This document shows, in pieces, positions 40,506 to 54,600 of a stretch of 64,000 nt of DNA (position 1 is the stretch's first letter; the number at the start of each line of letters is the position of its first letter). A model generated the notes under the pieces. The model worked only from the letters and a program-made list of their open reading frames with translations, searched no databases and had not been told where the DNA came from. Origin of the DNA: Callorhinchus milii (lineage: Eukaryota); NCBI RefSeq assembly GCF_018977255.1, contig NW_024704743.1, positions 98,024,001 through 98,088,000 on the forward strand, written 5' to 3'. Position numbers and translations under genes: made by a program.

Positions 40506-40576
40506 CAGTTTCTATCATCAGCCTTTCGCTTGGGATGGATTTCATGGCTTCAAGATTGGATTCAGTTTTTAAGGAG
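40506..40576 (-). CDS. TATDN1: TATDN1 exon 10
   Basis: (C)SLKTESNLEAMKSIPSERLMIET(D); 71 nt; canonical splice sites. Confidence 0.94.
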
Positions 40577-40889
40577 CTGAAAGAACAGAGTTTGCATTCA
40601 ACACAACTGGCACAGAAGTGTATTCCCTTTTCATTTAGAACCTCCTGTAGCTAATAAGGAAACTCTGAGCTAGGGACAACAGCTCCTGGAAGGTGTTCCA
40701 TGAAGTTCAGATTTGTAAATATATCCAGTGTGCTTGTTAGCTACCTGATCAGTATGCAGAGAGGTAAGCAGTTGTTACCGAAGCTCCACATTTTCACATA
40801 AAGGAGCTATGACTAATTCACCAAGAAGCTCGCAAGTTAAACACTCAAATGACCAACTAGTGACTATCCTCGGAGAATAGGGGAAAGTA

Positions 40890-41172
40890 TAAAGTGAACT
40901 GACTATATTTTGTGGGCGAAACCCAGCAGCCAATTGCACACAGCAGTATCCCACAAACAGTCTTGGATTGAGTAACCAATTTTTTTTAAAAGGAATTATT
41001 ACCCCCGGAAAAGCGATCCACCAATCGACTTAACGACTGAGATCCTACTTACTGCTAGGTAAACAGAGGCGTGTGGAGTAAGGAAACTTGCCTAAGATTT
41101 CGACCTGCCGGGATTCAAACCCAGGACTCTCGCTTGCGAGGTGAGTGCTCTAACCATTGAGCTGCAGGGATC
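40890..41172 (-). mobile_element. tRNA-derived SINE, 3'-truncated
   Basis: Head GGATCCCTGCAGCTCAATGGTTAGAGCACTC; body matches the other copies. Confidence 0.82.
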
Positions 41173-42079
41173 CACTCCAAAATGTTGATATGCTTGACAA
41201 TTCAGCAGCAAGTTGCATTCATACATACAAATAATTACACTGTAATTGTAACAGCAATGGCTTTTAATCCAGTTTCTTGTTACTGTTCTTTTTGAACAAT
41301 GATTTCCCTTATTGAATGACTCAGTTAAAAACGAGAGCACCCGCAATACCAGAGCAAACAGGAGAGCCCTGTTAGCGAGAGGCTGCTGCACACAATCAAT
41401 CAGCAGATTAGATCTAAATTAAATAACATATAGGAGAATAGAAACCAATATGGGATAAATCAGCAATAGGACGTGGTGAGCTTCAGAAAGCACAAAATTA
41501 CAGAAGTTTCAATTTCATCTACTGGGTGAAATGCATGACACATTACAGACATTGAAGTCTAAGATACTGAGTGTTACTAATGTTAGTTTTGCTACTGGCA
41601 ATCAATCAATTTTATTCTAATAAATGACCTTGCGTTGGATAAAGGGGCTCATCATATTGTTGAAATGCCTCAAAATGTAGCCATTGTATTTGTATGCAAA
41701 CAACAATGCGTGCAGGGCAAACTGCCCTGAAGTGGGTAACATTTGCCCAGATTGGAAACCTACAAGCTTGAGCTCACGTCGCAACATTCTTAGCGCAGCT
41801 CAGTATAGTCAAACCCAATTATAACACACTTCATTAGAATGCAGTTCACTGAAATTGCAAATGTAGTGTAGAACCAATTCACTGTGAATGTCCAGCTCCC
41901 ACATTAAAAAATGTCCAGCTTTCAGGTCATTAGGTAACCAACATTACCAGTGCAGTGAATGTAGAAGCACTGAGCAGCTATTGTGGACTCCAGCTAACAC
42001 CTTATAATGAGACTCCGCTGTGGTACTCAAGCTGTCCATTGCCCCAACCAATTTGGCTATAAAATGCTTTTCAATTTCA

Positions 42080-42450
42080 GAGTTCCAAAGAGTGATACAA
42101 CATGGAAACAAGCTATTCGGCTCAAACCAGTCTATGCTTGTGTTTATACTCCACAGGAGTTCCCAACCCTAAACCCTTCTATTCTCTTTGTGAGTTCCAC
42201 GTTCTCCCCACATTCTCCATGAAGAAATTCCTCCTAAACTCTCTACTGGATCACCAACTAGCGATCTTATATGTATGCCCTCTGGTTTTGGACTCACCAA
42301 GTGGAAGCAGCCTATAGCCATCAATCTTCTCAAATCCTTTCATAATCCTTTCACACCTAAGATCCCGTCAACCATCTCAACTCTAGAGAGAAAAGCGATC
42401 TGTCCAATCTTTCTTTACAGCTGTAACTACTTATCCCTAGTAATATCATT
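42080..42450 (-). mobile_element. CR1 LINE 3' fragment
   Basis: CCACGTTCTCCCCACATTCTCCATGAAGAAATTCCTCC...CAAATCCTTTCATAATC is the reverse complement of a CR1 ORF2 C-terminal region. Confidence 0.65.
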
Positions 42451-42559
42451 GTAAAACCCAAGAACGATCAGATTTGAAAGTTTGTTTTTAAAAGGACTCA
42501 GACTCCATGCTCCTTATTAACATGCAAACCAAAGCTGCAGCCTGTGCAGTGAAACCCAC

Positions 42560-42636
42560 CAGCCGTTGATGCCAATGTAGAGGCCCATTTCCACAAGAGC
42601 AGCTGCTTCTTCTTTTGTACCATCGAAAGAATGTAC
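42560..42636 (-). CDS. TATDN1: TATDN1 exon 9
   Basis: [25 protein letters not shown](C); 77 nt; contains a metal-binding His. Confidence 0.95.
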
Positions 42637-43137
42637 CTAGAGAAAATTAGAACACCTAGATTTTATAAAAGCAATCATTAACTAAGTCTATTTTAAAATA
42701 CAATAAATATTGTCTGCTGACTTCTACAAGGCAGTAGACTGTAATTTAAAAATTAGTGTTAAAAATAAGTTCATGAATACTTGCTAGTCCACTTTCTGCA
42801 AACTCCTTTAAGAAGTGACAATGCTGCTTACTGCTAGGAACTACGGTTTTATCAAACAAAGAGTCATGTGGAATCTTTGCCCCTTGTTAGGCAAACTGGC
42901 TTGAAGCAGGCACCTGATTCAGATTAGCACCCAAAGGGCACTGTCAAACAGCATAGAGATATAGCCTGGCATTCAATGGGCACTCCAACATTCGAGGTTA
43001 GAGATCAGCTTCAGAAAGATATTCATTGCGGACTCCCACCTCATAGCTAAAGCAGAGACAGACAACTTAACTCATCAACTTCCTTGCATTTTGCATTTGA
43101 TTGGACAAATAAATAGAATTATACTACAGTTACTTAC

Positions 43138-43178
43138 CACTCCTCCAACACATCTGTCCATATTTCTCCTCATTATAT
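43138..43178 (-). CDS. TATDN1: TATDN1 exon 8
   Basis: (D)IMRRNMDRCVGGV; 41 nt; TAG/GTAAGT. Confidence 0.92.
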
Positions 43179-45321
43179 CTACAAAAATAGCAGTTCAAAC
43201 TGTTCAGAACGATTTAGGGCAAATTATATCTACAGTGTATTTTGCTTAACTAGAAACATTTACAATAGAAGATTGTACTGGTCATTTATAAAATGTTTTT
43301 TAAACATAGTATAATTTAAATCAATACCAAAACCATATTACCTAAATAGAGCTTCAAAACAAGGTAAAATATATAGGTATAACTGTTGCAAAAGGTAACA
43401 AAGAGAAGCAAAGACTGAAGTGTCATATGGGAGTCATTTGACAATAACTGAAATGAGTAGTAGATGATTAAGTATGGAAAATAAACAGAATTAAATCACT
43501 CCAAGTAGCTTAGACCACATGGGATCACAAAAAATCAAAGAAGCCATTGGTGAGTCTGGTTAATATTTTTGCGCTCTACCCAAAACTCAAGGATAGTAAA
43601 CTTATCAAGTTTTAAAAAGTCATGAACTCAGGAATTATAGATCATTAGCATAATATCTGTAGTGGGAAAACATTCAAGAGATTTTAACTGGTTAAGTACA
43701 CTCTAATAACGAGAGGCCTTGGCTCTTACCAATTCTTGCCTAATAACTCCCTGAATCAGTCAAGCAGTCTATGGACAGCATGCATTACATTCCAGACAGA
43801 CAAATCTCCCTGTGTAGATGACATACATATGTGGAACTCAGTCTGATTTGGACACTCTTAAGCATTGTGATGGGTTTTCACATCTCAAACACCTGACTTG
43901 ACAAAAAATATGTACATCACTAACTGCCCGAACCACACAATCTCCTGAAGAGCATGAGGAAAAAGCAGTAACCCTCCAAGAAAGCTGAGTTCTCTCCAAC
44001 CCTTAAAGGCAAAAGTTAAACTTCAAGAAACGAATACAATCTTATAGCACACAATGTCCAACCAATTCCACTCCACAGATAACTCATCCATTGTCCGAGC
44101 AGCACATGAACCATCTCATTCCAACTCGCTCATTTACCTCAGTTCTTATTCTCATAATCATAAATCCTATTCCTAAAGTAGGTTTATCATCATATTCTTT
44201 GTAAATGGAGTTAATTGACGTAAAATTAACCGCTTTTGTTGGGTGATGATTTTACATTTCCAGAACTCTAGAATTATTTTTTCTAATCCTTAATGTCAGT
44301 TGAAGTGTGTTAATGCTGACATTCTCTATTCTCCAATCACAGTGTAAGTTAATAACCTGCTCAGATTGATATTCATGTCTCTCTTCAGCAAAGCTTGAAA
44401 GTGTCTCCACTGAATCTTTTCTCAAAGATAATAAATTTGAGTTCCGAGTCACTTTTTCGAGCCACTTTTCCGATCCGGAGATCCAAGAGCCAGAATCCTC
44501 CCCATCCTTCTGAACCCTTTCCAACATTACAATATTGTTTGCATGCAACATGCCCTACATCGCACATAATGTTCTAAGTGTAGTCTTAGCAATGAACTCA
44601 CCAGGATTGGCTCATGCTGGTTTCACAAGCAGCACCTACCCACTGAGACCTTATCTATGACCATCGTCAACGTGTGAGCTTGAAACAGGCTATTTGATCC
44701 TAGAAGGCATCAGTCATTTCCATCCTCATCAAGGGCCCCAAATTCCTCAATATCTTAACCTTAAAACCGTTCCCTTCAAATTCAAGATTTTACAGTATTT
44801 TGGAAAATTCTAAAATTAAGTCTTATTTTGAATGTCAGCTTTCTGCAGTTCTTGAACATTCAAATTTAACCCTGCTTTTAAGAATTTTCCCAAATTCCTT
44901 CACAATCATGAATTTTAATACAATTGTCTTAAGGCTATGATAATGAGAAGTTTTGTGCCTGAGCTATCCACAGCTGTAGGCTTTTCTGCAAGGAGTCATC
45001 AGACAATAAAGCGGGAGGCCAGGAGTCCTGGGGCATCAAGATCCAGATGTAAGCCACCCTTACCCCAGCTTAGATCATTTACATCTGGACAAACCTGGAG
45101 CCTTCTGGTTTGTACGGATCGCTGATTCATCCCAGATTTGTTATATAATCCTACAGAATGTCTTTGATCCAGAATTGGGGGAAGAGTGAAGGGAGGGAAC
45201 CTGGGGTTCATTGGAGCGGGAGCTTGACTGAGTCACTGCTGAATTTAACTGGGGTCTGCTAGAAACTATCTTAGTATTCTATATCTGTATAATAACCCTC
45301 TTCCTCCATTTAAAAAAATAC

Positions 45322-45407
45322 CTAAAAATTCTGGATGTGAATTTCTGCAGTGTAGAAACATAGGCAATTTAGTGTCTTCTGCCAAGTCAAACTGCTTTTC
45401 AAAGTAT
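45322..45407 (-). CDS. TATDN1: TATDN1 exon 7
   Basis: (K)[28 protein letters not shown](D); 86 nt. Confidence 0.95.
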
Positions 45408-45499
45408 CTGAAAAACAAAAATATTTTCATCAGACATTAAACATTCAAAGATAGAAGTTAATCAAAGTTTCATATAAAAGGCAAAATACTGCAGATGCT

Positions 45500-45690
45500 G
45501 GAAATCTGAAATAAAAACAGAAGTCACTGGGAACAGCCAGCAGGTCAGGCAGCATCTATGGAGAGAGGAAAGTGATGAAAGATCATTAATCTTCAATAAT
45601 CTGAAATGTTAGCTCACTTTCCTCTCTCCATAGATGCTGCCTGACCTGCTGCGTGTTCCCAGCAACTTCAGTTTTTATTTAAGGTTTCAG
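45500..45690. repeat. Inverted repeat (hairpin), probably Penelope-like element derived
   Basis: Perfect 38-bp arms at 45538-45575 and 45614-45651, imperfectly extending to ~75 bp. Confidence 0.85.
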
Positions 45691-47446
45691 CTAACTACTA
45701 TGGGGTAATTTGGGAATCTACAGCTTGGTTTTGAGGTGAGATCTCAATAACAGCTTTGAAAAAACAGAGATTAGGTTTGGTACAAGGCACAGCACAGAAG
45801 CATGAAAAAAGACCTTTGTTGTGGCTGTAATAAATGTTTGTTTACTACTTTTTTATATTAAATCATTGTTTCAGTTGTGAAAACTACAATTTCAGCTGAG
45901 ACTTCAGTATGTAATGAAGAATGTGCCTTTTGCCTAGTCTGGAAGTAAGTTACCAACCTCCACTAAGAATATAATTCTAAAGTAGATAAGACCAAGAAAT
46001 TGCCAATTTATTTTTGTGCTGAACTAAGGCAGTGGAGGCAGATAATTCAAGAAGGAACTACAGCTATTTGGGGAAGAAATCGATTGAGAGTGATTAGAGA
46101 CTGAGTGGTGGAAGATTATTATTTTTAACTTTAGGACTGCAAAGTTCTTTTCTGGTCCTTATATATTCATAAGTTTAAGTATCATAAGTATAAGTTCTAT
46201 GTTTTGCAAAGGCAATTTGTTAAGAGGACTTTCTCCAAGTACAATTAGAAGTAAAAATGGCACAGAATTAATTGGTGACATTTACAAAGAAAGCAACGAA
46301 CCATTAAGTAGCATAACGTTATGAAATGCACACATCACTGCATGTCAGATAACAACAACTTCCATTTATATAGCGCTCTTCATGTAGGATAGGTTGAGTA
46401 ACAAAGAGTGAGGAGGAGTGGGGGCATTTTGGGATGGGGTGGCTTGCGTCAGGGGCAGCAGCCAAACGCGCACACCGAGACTGGGAGCAGAGAAATCAGC
46501 GAGGCATTGTCAGCACAGAGATATGGCGTCTGCGGGAGGCTAGAGGTGACAGTGCAGCTCAGCATTTCTCTTCATCTAAGATAGAGTGTTTAATACACAA
46601 TCTGTGTGCTCAGCAGTAACATCAATCACTCAGAGTAGATGAATGAATTGCTATTAACTGCCTGCTCTGGTATCAAGAAGTGATTACTTCCAAACCCTGG
46701 CTCCTTTCCAATACGGGGGCGTGTAAAGACCAAGCGCTTGCTTAGTGGCAATGTGAATGTAAACCCTGGAGACTGAAGACTGTTTCACTACCTACACTAT
46801 ACGTAGTTTCATGGAAAGCGTAGGTTTAGCCTGAGAAACGTTCAGAAAGAAATTAAATTGCATTGAGCGTGTTGCCTGCGTCCATTCACATGCAGAAATT
46901 ATCTGCTTGTGAATGGATTCCAGAAAGTTTATCCCAGCTGGGCATTTAAGCCAGTAAATACATCCACACAGAAGATCAAGGGCTCAAATTCAAAGGGCTT
47001 ATGTAATAATACATCAAAAATGTCCTTGGTATAAACTTCAAATCGTTATCTAACTGTCTGGTTTAAGACAGTTCACTGACACAGCCAGCCAGAAGCAAAG
47101 CAAAAGATGGAGGGAAATAGGTACTTTATCTATTTAATTCTTGAAGGATGATCTAGAACAAGCAAATACAATATACACTACTTTTTCTATTGTTAAAATA
47201 CTCCCTTGTTAAAATACTAACAATCTGCATTACACAACTGAAAAAAAATCATTTAAAATATTTCCAATGCTAATGCTTAAAACAGAATTAGAGAAGTGTA
47301 CAGAACTAGGGGATATTAAATGCTGACCCTGTGATGAAATAGCAAGACGCGAGCACGTCAAATGTTCCTAAAGGGAACCTTCCATTGAAGCCAATTTATT
47401 ACAATGCAGGCTTGGCGTTTGGGATCCCTATGATCCCAATCAATAA

Positions 47447-48105
47447 TAGTAATAATAATTGTCGCAGTTGATACTGCGCTTTTCAAGTTGGTAGGACATC
47501 TCAAAGTGCTCATAAGAATTACTGTGTAGTGTAGTGACTGTGTATTTTGTAGGGAAATGCAGCAGCATTCTGCACACAACAATGTCCCATAAACTAGCAT
47601 GAAGTGAATGTCCAATTTTACCAGGGTGATTGTTGGCAGAACACCATGAAAAACTCCCTTCTCTTTTTAATAGTGCCATGAGATCTACAACGTCCTCCAG
47701 AACAGGCAGACACTTCTTCGGTTTAATGTCTCATCTGAAGGACAACACCTCCAATAATGCAGCACACCTCCACTGGATTGTCTATTGTCAGCCTAGACAA
47801 TACCAGTTCAAATACCAGAGATGAGTCAGAACCCACAACAATCTGACTCAGAGATGAGAGTGCTATAAACTGAGCCAGGCTAACACCTAATTTTATGTGG
47901 ATACCTTGCCAGGAGAAATTCCCTTCTCTATTTGAATAGTGCAATGGAATTTAATGTGCATCTGAACAGGCAAATAGGGCCTTGTTTAACATTATATCAG
48001 AAGGACAGTTTCTCTGACAATGCAGCACCTCTCCAACGCTGCAGCTTGAACCAATCACCTTTGATTCAGAGGCGAAAGTGCTATCAGCTGAGCCAGGCTG
48101 AAACC
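47447..48105 (-). mobile_element. Two tandem Deu-domain SINE copies (one near full length, one partial)
   Basis: Two heads (CTGAGCCAGGCT near 47871 and 48088) and two Deu cores. Confidence 0.75.
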
Positions 48106-49657
48106 TCATCAGCCTGAAACCTAACCCATGATTTAGTAGCGGGTTTGACTGGAATCGTACAACCAGCTGGGGCGCAATGAGCATTCTGACCAGTTCCCAC
48201 ACAAATAGAATCATCACGTCACCACAACAGCACTTGCTTTGCACATTCGCAAAGCGGGAAGAAACGTTGGTGATGAACCGAGGCTAAAGAGGGGCCTTTT
48301 TTAACATAGGAAACTAAAAAGGCCAAGGTCCAGGTCATTAGGTGATTGTCATTGTCACTTCGCTCATAGGCAGTAAAATAGGAAGCAATGTTAATGACAA
48401 ATAATGAATCAGATATTAGCCATTTTAGCCAACCAACAAGCGAGAAACAAGTGGGTTAGCTGTGCACAAATTGGGGTCTGCGTTATAAGTAAATTCAAAA
48501 GATCACAAGATTGGTTTGGATGAAGATGTCGATGTTGTTAGTTACCCTATGTGAAGGAAAACTTCCTGTAGCTGATCTGAAATTACCGTTTACAACTCTA
48601 AACCTGTGTCCTCTTGTTCTTCTGTCTTGGTGCATCCTAAAATATTGATCTGGATTTACTTTTTCAATCCCATTTTAAAATTTCATAATTTCTATCCGTC
48701 GTCTTCTCTCAAGACTGGAGAGCCCTATATCTAATCACAGCTCCTAGTTCATTCCCCTAACACTGAGGATTATTCAGGCCCGGTAACCTCCTTATGTCAC
48801 GGTAAACAGAAATGAACAGTATGTAGTACTCTAGGTTCAGTCTTACAGTGAAGAGCTGCACTGGACTTTGTAAGAGTGACTGCAAGTAACACAAAGCCAA
48901 GTATTTGGTCAAATTTTTTGGACCATTACACTCAGGTGCAAGAGAGCCATAAGTCAAAGAACCTTTTTCCCCAGTATCTGGTCCTACAATCCTCCACAAT
49001 CAATAAGATGTTCTAAAATTATAAATGCTGTATGAAATCAATGATTATGATTATTATTATATTCTGGACAAGTCATAAACAAATGTTGGTTTGGACAAGG
49101 TACCTACAGAAGTTATCAATGAAACAATGAAACTGCAGGGATTTTTCCAATTGAACATTAAATAAATCCTTAAACTCACTCAGTTCCAGGTGTAAAACTT
49201 ACAGATTTGCTTAGTTTTGCCACATATTGTGATGATGTAGTCATTAAGAGAGTGAACTAACCACTTCTAAGGAGTGACAATGAATAAGAAAATATGTCTT
49301 TCTAATGGATACCACTAAAGTGTTATCCATTAGTGAATGTGTTTTTAAATAAAACAGGAAAATAAATTATAACTAGGTCCACAGCACATCAGAGCTTCAA
49401 CATTTTACAGTGACTGTGTGGATTTAATCCATCACTCCAGCTTTTTCAATCTCAGCCCTGCTACTGTGTGCAGATGTGTGTGTGTGTCTGTCTCGTCGTG
49501 GAGGTAATTGGGGAAAGGAATCTCGGGGCCAATGGCACCTGCTTCACAATGGAACCAGAGGGAAGGGGAAGGGAGGGGGGGAGCGAGGGTACAAGCAATC
49601 TGCAGGTTCCAATTGGACACAAGAGACCGGGGAGGACAAAAAGAAAATGCTACTTAC

Positions 49658-49700
49658 TTCAGCTGCGTCTCTTTAGGGCAGAACTCCAATCTGTCAAAGT
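49658..49700 (-). CDS. TATDN1: TATDN1 exon 6
   Basis: (D)FDRLEFCPKETQL(K); 43 nt; TAG/GTAAGT. Confidence 0.93.
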
Positions 49701-49734
49701 CTAAAGGAGAAAAATAAAACAAAGGAAAGAGTAA

Positions 49735-50002
49735 GTTAAGGGGGTAAATTCAGAACAAATCTGCGGAGACACTACTCAGTGAGTGAGTAGTAAACTTATG
49801 GAGCAGGCTCCCTAGAGAGGCGGTGGAAGCAGAAACTGTTGTTTATTTCAAGAACAAATTAGATAGATTTCTGCTTGAAAACAATATCTCGGGATGCAAT
49901 ATATAGTTTGGGAAATGACATGTCAAGCGACTACCAGGATGATGGAAGGCGAACTAAATCGACCTTGGTCTTCTTTCGCCTAGCAAATTCTTATGTTCTT
50001 AT
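49735..50002 (+). mobile_element. CR1 LINE 3' end
   Basis: GGTAAATTCAGAACA...TGGAGCAGGCTCCCTAGAGAGGCGGTGGAAGC...TTCAAGAACAAATTAGATAG, ending TTCTTATGTTCTTA. Confidence 0.75.
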
Positions 50003-50554
50003 TTGTAAATGATTAGTAAATTAGAAATGTAAATGGTGTGTTTCTAAAGTTTAATTGGAGGTATAATCCATACTTCCATTCCATGGTGTACTTACTCATA
50101 TTACCCCCACATTCAAAAAAGGTTGCAACTTCAACTGGCTGAATTTTTTAATACATGTTCAGCTGAGAAATAACTCTACAAGCCTCTATTTCTCAATGGA
50201 ATGTTCCTCTCTACCTTATACTCTTACAGTTCCCAGTTCCATATGAAGAAATGGGTATTCCTGATCTACAAAGAGGAAAAATAAATATTGGACTACCCAG
50301 AGCAGCCAATTCACTTGTGCATCTGTGGAGATGAGAATAATGCCATCGTGATATCAAAAGTTTTAATGGCTGCCCAAAATGAGATGTCACCTTCAGCAAT
50401 GTCATTTCATTTCAAAAGGCAGTATTGAAAATATTTGGGTGATGAATTCACTGAATGCTCAGAAGCGTCAGATAATCTTTTCTCTGATGAAGTTTCACTT
50501 TTGCAAGTGAGAGGAGATACCCTGTGTCAGAGAGTTATGAAAATTGACTAGATA

Positions 50555-50915
50555 CACCAGGGCTAATTGTCCTTGAAAAGGGATCTCAGAAGGGAGTTTA
50601 TAGAGGTATATAAGATGCTAAAAGGGACTGAGAGAAAATAAATCCATAGCAATATTTTCAGATATGCCAAGGCAGCAGGACAAGAGAGCATAGGTATAGT
50701 CACGTGAAGGGCACATGTAGGACAGACACCAGGAATTATTTCTTTACTCAGAGGATAATTAACAGCTGGAATGGGTTACCAGCAATAGTGATAGAAACCA
50801 GGATACTAGACTCATTTAAGAAACAGCTTGATCCAGTCATGATAGTGGTGTAGATATTGTGTAAGGATGAGATCAAATGGGCCAAAGGATCTCTTCACCT
50901 GTACATCTCGTTACA
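50555..50915 (+). mobile_element. CR1 LINE 3' fragment
   Basis: LIEVYKML, TREH, FFTQRIINSWNGLP, FKKQLD: CR1 ORF2 C-terminus. Confidence 0.78.
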
Positions 50916-51066
50916 TCTGTCACTTGCTTTGTATATGTACTGAAAACTGACATCTCAATCACTAAGGCATCAACTTTATCAAACAAAACTGATACAGAGT
51001 GATCACCAACAATACCTCCTCAGACAGCAGCACATTTGGGAGTAATTCGTCACTTTTTAAACTTAC

Positions 51067-51210
51067 CCAAGCCAAACTCCCCAATGGCCACCACTTTCCC
51101 TTTATTCTTGGTGGCTAAGTCTTTCAGATCAGCCAAATACTGCTCAGCATCATTCTGCTCAAATTCTGCACAACGTGTAGGGTGACAACCGACTGTACTG
51201 TAGAAAGCAT
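51067..51210 (-). CDS. TATDN1: TATDN1 exon 5
   Basis: (D)[47 protein letters not shown](D); TatD motifs GxHP and GExGLD; 144 nt. Confidence 0.96.
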
Positions 51211-53478
51211 CTGTGTGGAACAGCGACATTGCACAGAAATGATCAACAAGTTTTATCTGAAGCCATGTATTCTGTGCAACTTAAAATCCTGACTTAGACA
51301 GAATAATGTATGGTACAGTTTCCTTCTTATATATTGAAAAAGCTCTGCATACACAGATTGTTGGTACTACAGTGTAGCAGCTTCCTAATCTCACACAAAT
51401 GCATTCTATATGACTTCAAAAAGAAATCCTTCCAACACACTCTTTTTCACTCTGTATTGGTCAAGATCCTTTAATTCTCATTCCTTTCCACACACCCCTA
51501 TAATATCCGTGAAGCACTTTCAGACGTTCATCCTATGAGAAGGTGCTATTAAAGGTGCTATTATCTTACATATCATTTCCACGATAAAACAGAATTCATT
51601 TTCCAGTTATTAAAATATGAAAGTGCCTTTGTTATTAAAACATGGGCAATGTCGGACTTTTAATAAATGTAGAAATTTAAATCATAGATCTAACCATTTT
51701 AGCAACCTAATTACCATCTTTAGATTGTTGCTATCTAGAAATAACTAGTAAAACTTGAATATTCTGGTTTACGGCTTTCATACAAGGGTAGTGATGCATG
51801 TCCAAGCTCATTCCATTCGAAACACAGGGAAGTTTCCATGACTAAGTGGCATACATATGTGGAACTCAGTATGGTTTGGATACTATTAAGCAAGGTGCTA
51901 GATTTTGATAAGTCAGTCACCTGGCTGACTAACAAAAAAAAACAGAGAAAGCGAATAATTAGCTACAGGCCCCATCTCGTCAAAAATAGGGCATGTGCAG
52001 GAGCTGAACAATTTAAATGGTGTTGTAGGATTAGAACTGAACTAAATGTCAACAGTGAACACTCATCTGCCACTGAATTCAAGTAAAGGCAAGTTTTCGT
52101 TTTATAATGAAATTCTTCCCCGCTGTGTACAGTAGAATCCTGTAAAAAGGTACACTTTTAGAATAGACCAGTTGGCTTCCCGCCCACTAAAAATGACCCA
52201 TTTTTATCAGGTCAACGCTACAGGAAGCTTCCTGTGCACAGTAAGCAACCTCGTCAGCGACAACAATGACCCTCAAGTGAGTTGTTTAATAATACAGAGA
52301 GGAAGCCAGCTTTCTATACCCATATGCATTGCATTGACTTGATGATCTCGCCTCAGTAGAAGCCGAGTTAGAATCTTATGGACCTCAACTTTCCACCTAA
52401 TAATGGGATTCGCTGTAATTGATTCACTTAAATAGTCTAAAACACCCACCTTCGAGTTTGTTGCTGCTATTGGATTTGGCTGTCAACCAATTAAAGCTAA
52501 TGCTTTCCTGCAATGAAAATTTTCCTTGTGCCATAGAATCAGTCACTAACCTGCACTTTGTTCATCAGCTTCCTGCAATTTATTGTAGATTTAGGGAAGC
52601 TGTTTGAGCATTAAAAAGAATCAGCTTTTATCATTTTGAAATTTCAATCCCAAGTCCTCTTAAGACTTATTGCCTGAAGCACCACCTATACTTAGCTTCT
52701 CAGACCATTTGTCTTGAACTGTAAGATCATGCGGAATCGTGGAAATTTCTTAAATTCAATCTGAATTTGGAAGATGTTTTAAAAAAAATTATTTTAAAAA
52801 CATCAGGTTTCCAAATTGACCCTGAACTTACGAATTTCCACATGTATGCGTGTTCTACAACTTTAAGGCAAATTTGTCTAACAAGTTAAGATTGGGTGGA
52901 ATTTAGATCCTTTAGTATGCTGCTCCTGTCTTCTCACAAACGCTACATACCTAGAATGGTATCTCTTATTTCCAATGTTCAGTTAAATACATCATTCGTA
53001 AAGCCAAGAAGGTGAAATAATGTTATATACTTTTTCACCTCCCTTGCCCAAATTTTCTCCTCTTTTAACATCTTCCCTCTTTCCCTGCCACGACTAATCA
53101 ACTAACTCAGCACACACCAGGGATTGAACCGGGGACCTTCCTCATCTGCTTAGGCCAGTAATTTACTGAATAGAGTAAATGAACCATCAAAATAGCTCAC
53201 TATTATACACTTCACGATTTTCATAATAGCTTAAACTATTAGGCTAGCATTCCAGGATTTGTTTTTATGTTATTGCAATCTTTCAAGCAAGAAAAAAACA
53301 TACAAAAATATCAATACTGAAGATCAGCATTTTTGATTCCTTTTAAGTCCTGTATCCTGAAACATTCAACTGAAGAATTGATGAAATCAACAGCAAAAAT
53401 TGTAGAGACATTTGTGGACAGGTTAATGTAATCCTGTCTCACCTTCAGAAGAATTGTAGAACAGGTTTTGTAACTTAC

Positions 53479-53542
53479 CATTTGTCTGTGCCAGTTTCAG
53501 TGCATCTTTACTATCCTGCAAACTGCCTCCTGTAATCATGAA
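53479..53542 (-). CDS. TATDN1: TATDN1 exon 4
   Basis: FMITGGSLQDSKDALKLAQTN(D); 64 nt. Confidence 0.95.
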
Positions 53543-53794
53543 CTGAACAATAGTTTCTATCAATAGATGAGACCTTAGACTTTAGTTCAGGTTAAATATA
53601 CAGCCACCTTTTTAATTCTATGAACTAATTCCTTCATGGTTTCATATATTTGTCTTGGTTAAAGATTTTTTTTAAGATGAGCAAGAATGCCCCTACGAAG
53701 TTTAGTAAACAGGAGTTTAAGTACTATAACTCAATTAGGAAATAAATGTATTTTCAATTAATCTTTCCTCTAATACTGTTACCAATGTATTAAA

Positions 53795-54600
53795 TATAAA
53801 TTGCATTATATAGTGCCTTTCATGCCAGGAGGACATCCCATGGTGATGGAATGTCGAGGGTTTGTACATAAACTGGGGATTGGATTCAGGAGAGGTGAGG
53901 GTGGGTGGAAATGGGACGGGGGGGGGGGCGGGGGAAAGATGACCCAAGGTGCAGTCAGAGGAAAGTCCTGAGACAGAACATGAGGCAAGGCAAAGGGTCT
54001 CCAGGATGGAGTCCCAGAGATTGGGGGCAGATAGGCTGATGCTGGACTGCCAATGGTGAGGTGGACAGGGCAGGAGACATGAATGAAGCCAATGCCTGCT
54101 GAGAGAAGGGAGTAAGCAGGTTGGTAAGGTTTAAGAAGATCGTAGAACTAGGGTAAGTCACGATGGTCGAGGAATTTAAAAGTGAAGACAAGGATCTTGA
54201 ACTCAATCCTCTGGGAGCTGGGAAGCCAGGCGATGATGGGGGTGATAGGCTCACGGAGCCCAGTTTAGGAGAGGAAATAATTTGCAGAGTTCTGAATGGT
54301 CTGCAGCTTGTGAGTGAAGAAATGGGAAATCCAGTGAGCAGAGAGTGGCATTGTCAAGCCTGGATATGATAAAAACATAAAAGAGGGTCTCAGCGGCCCG
54401 GGAGACCTGAGGGGGGAGGTAGTGGCGCAGGAGAGCAATGTTGGATAGGCGGGGTAAAGCTGAACAGGTCACGGCACGGATGTGGGTATTAATGGATAGT
54501 TGAGAATCAAACAAGACATTGATGTTGCGCACTTGGTCCTCTGAGGTGGAATGTGCATACATGTAGCTTGATGCTGTCAGTGCCTGAGGTGATATTACAT
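53795..54600 (-). mobile_element. L2 LINE 3' fragment, degraded
   Basis: VLFDSQLS, ISRLDN, LQTIQNSA, RIEFKIL fragments and an L2 terminus near 53810. Confidence 0.8.
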
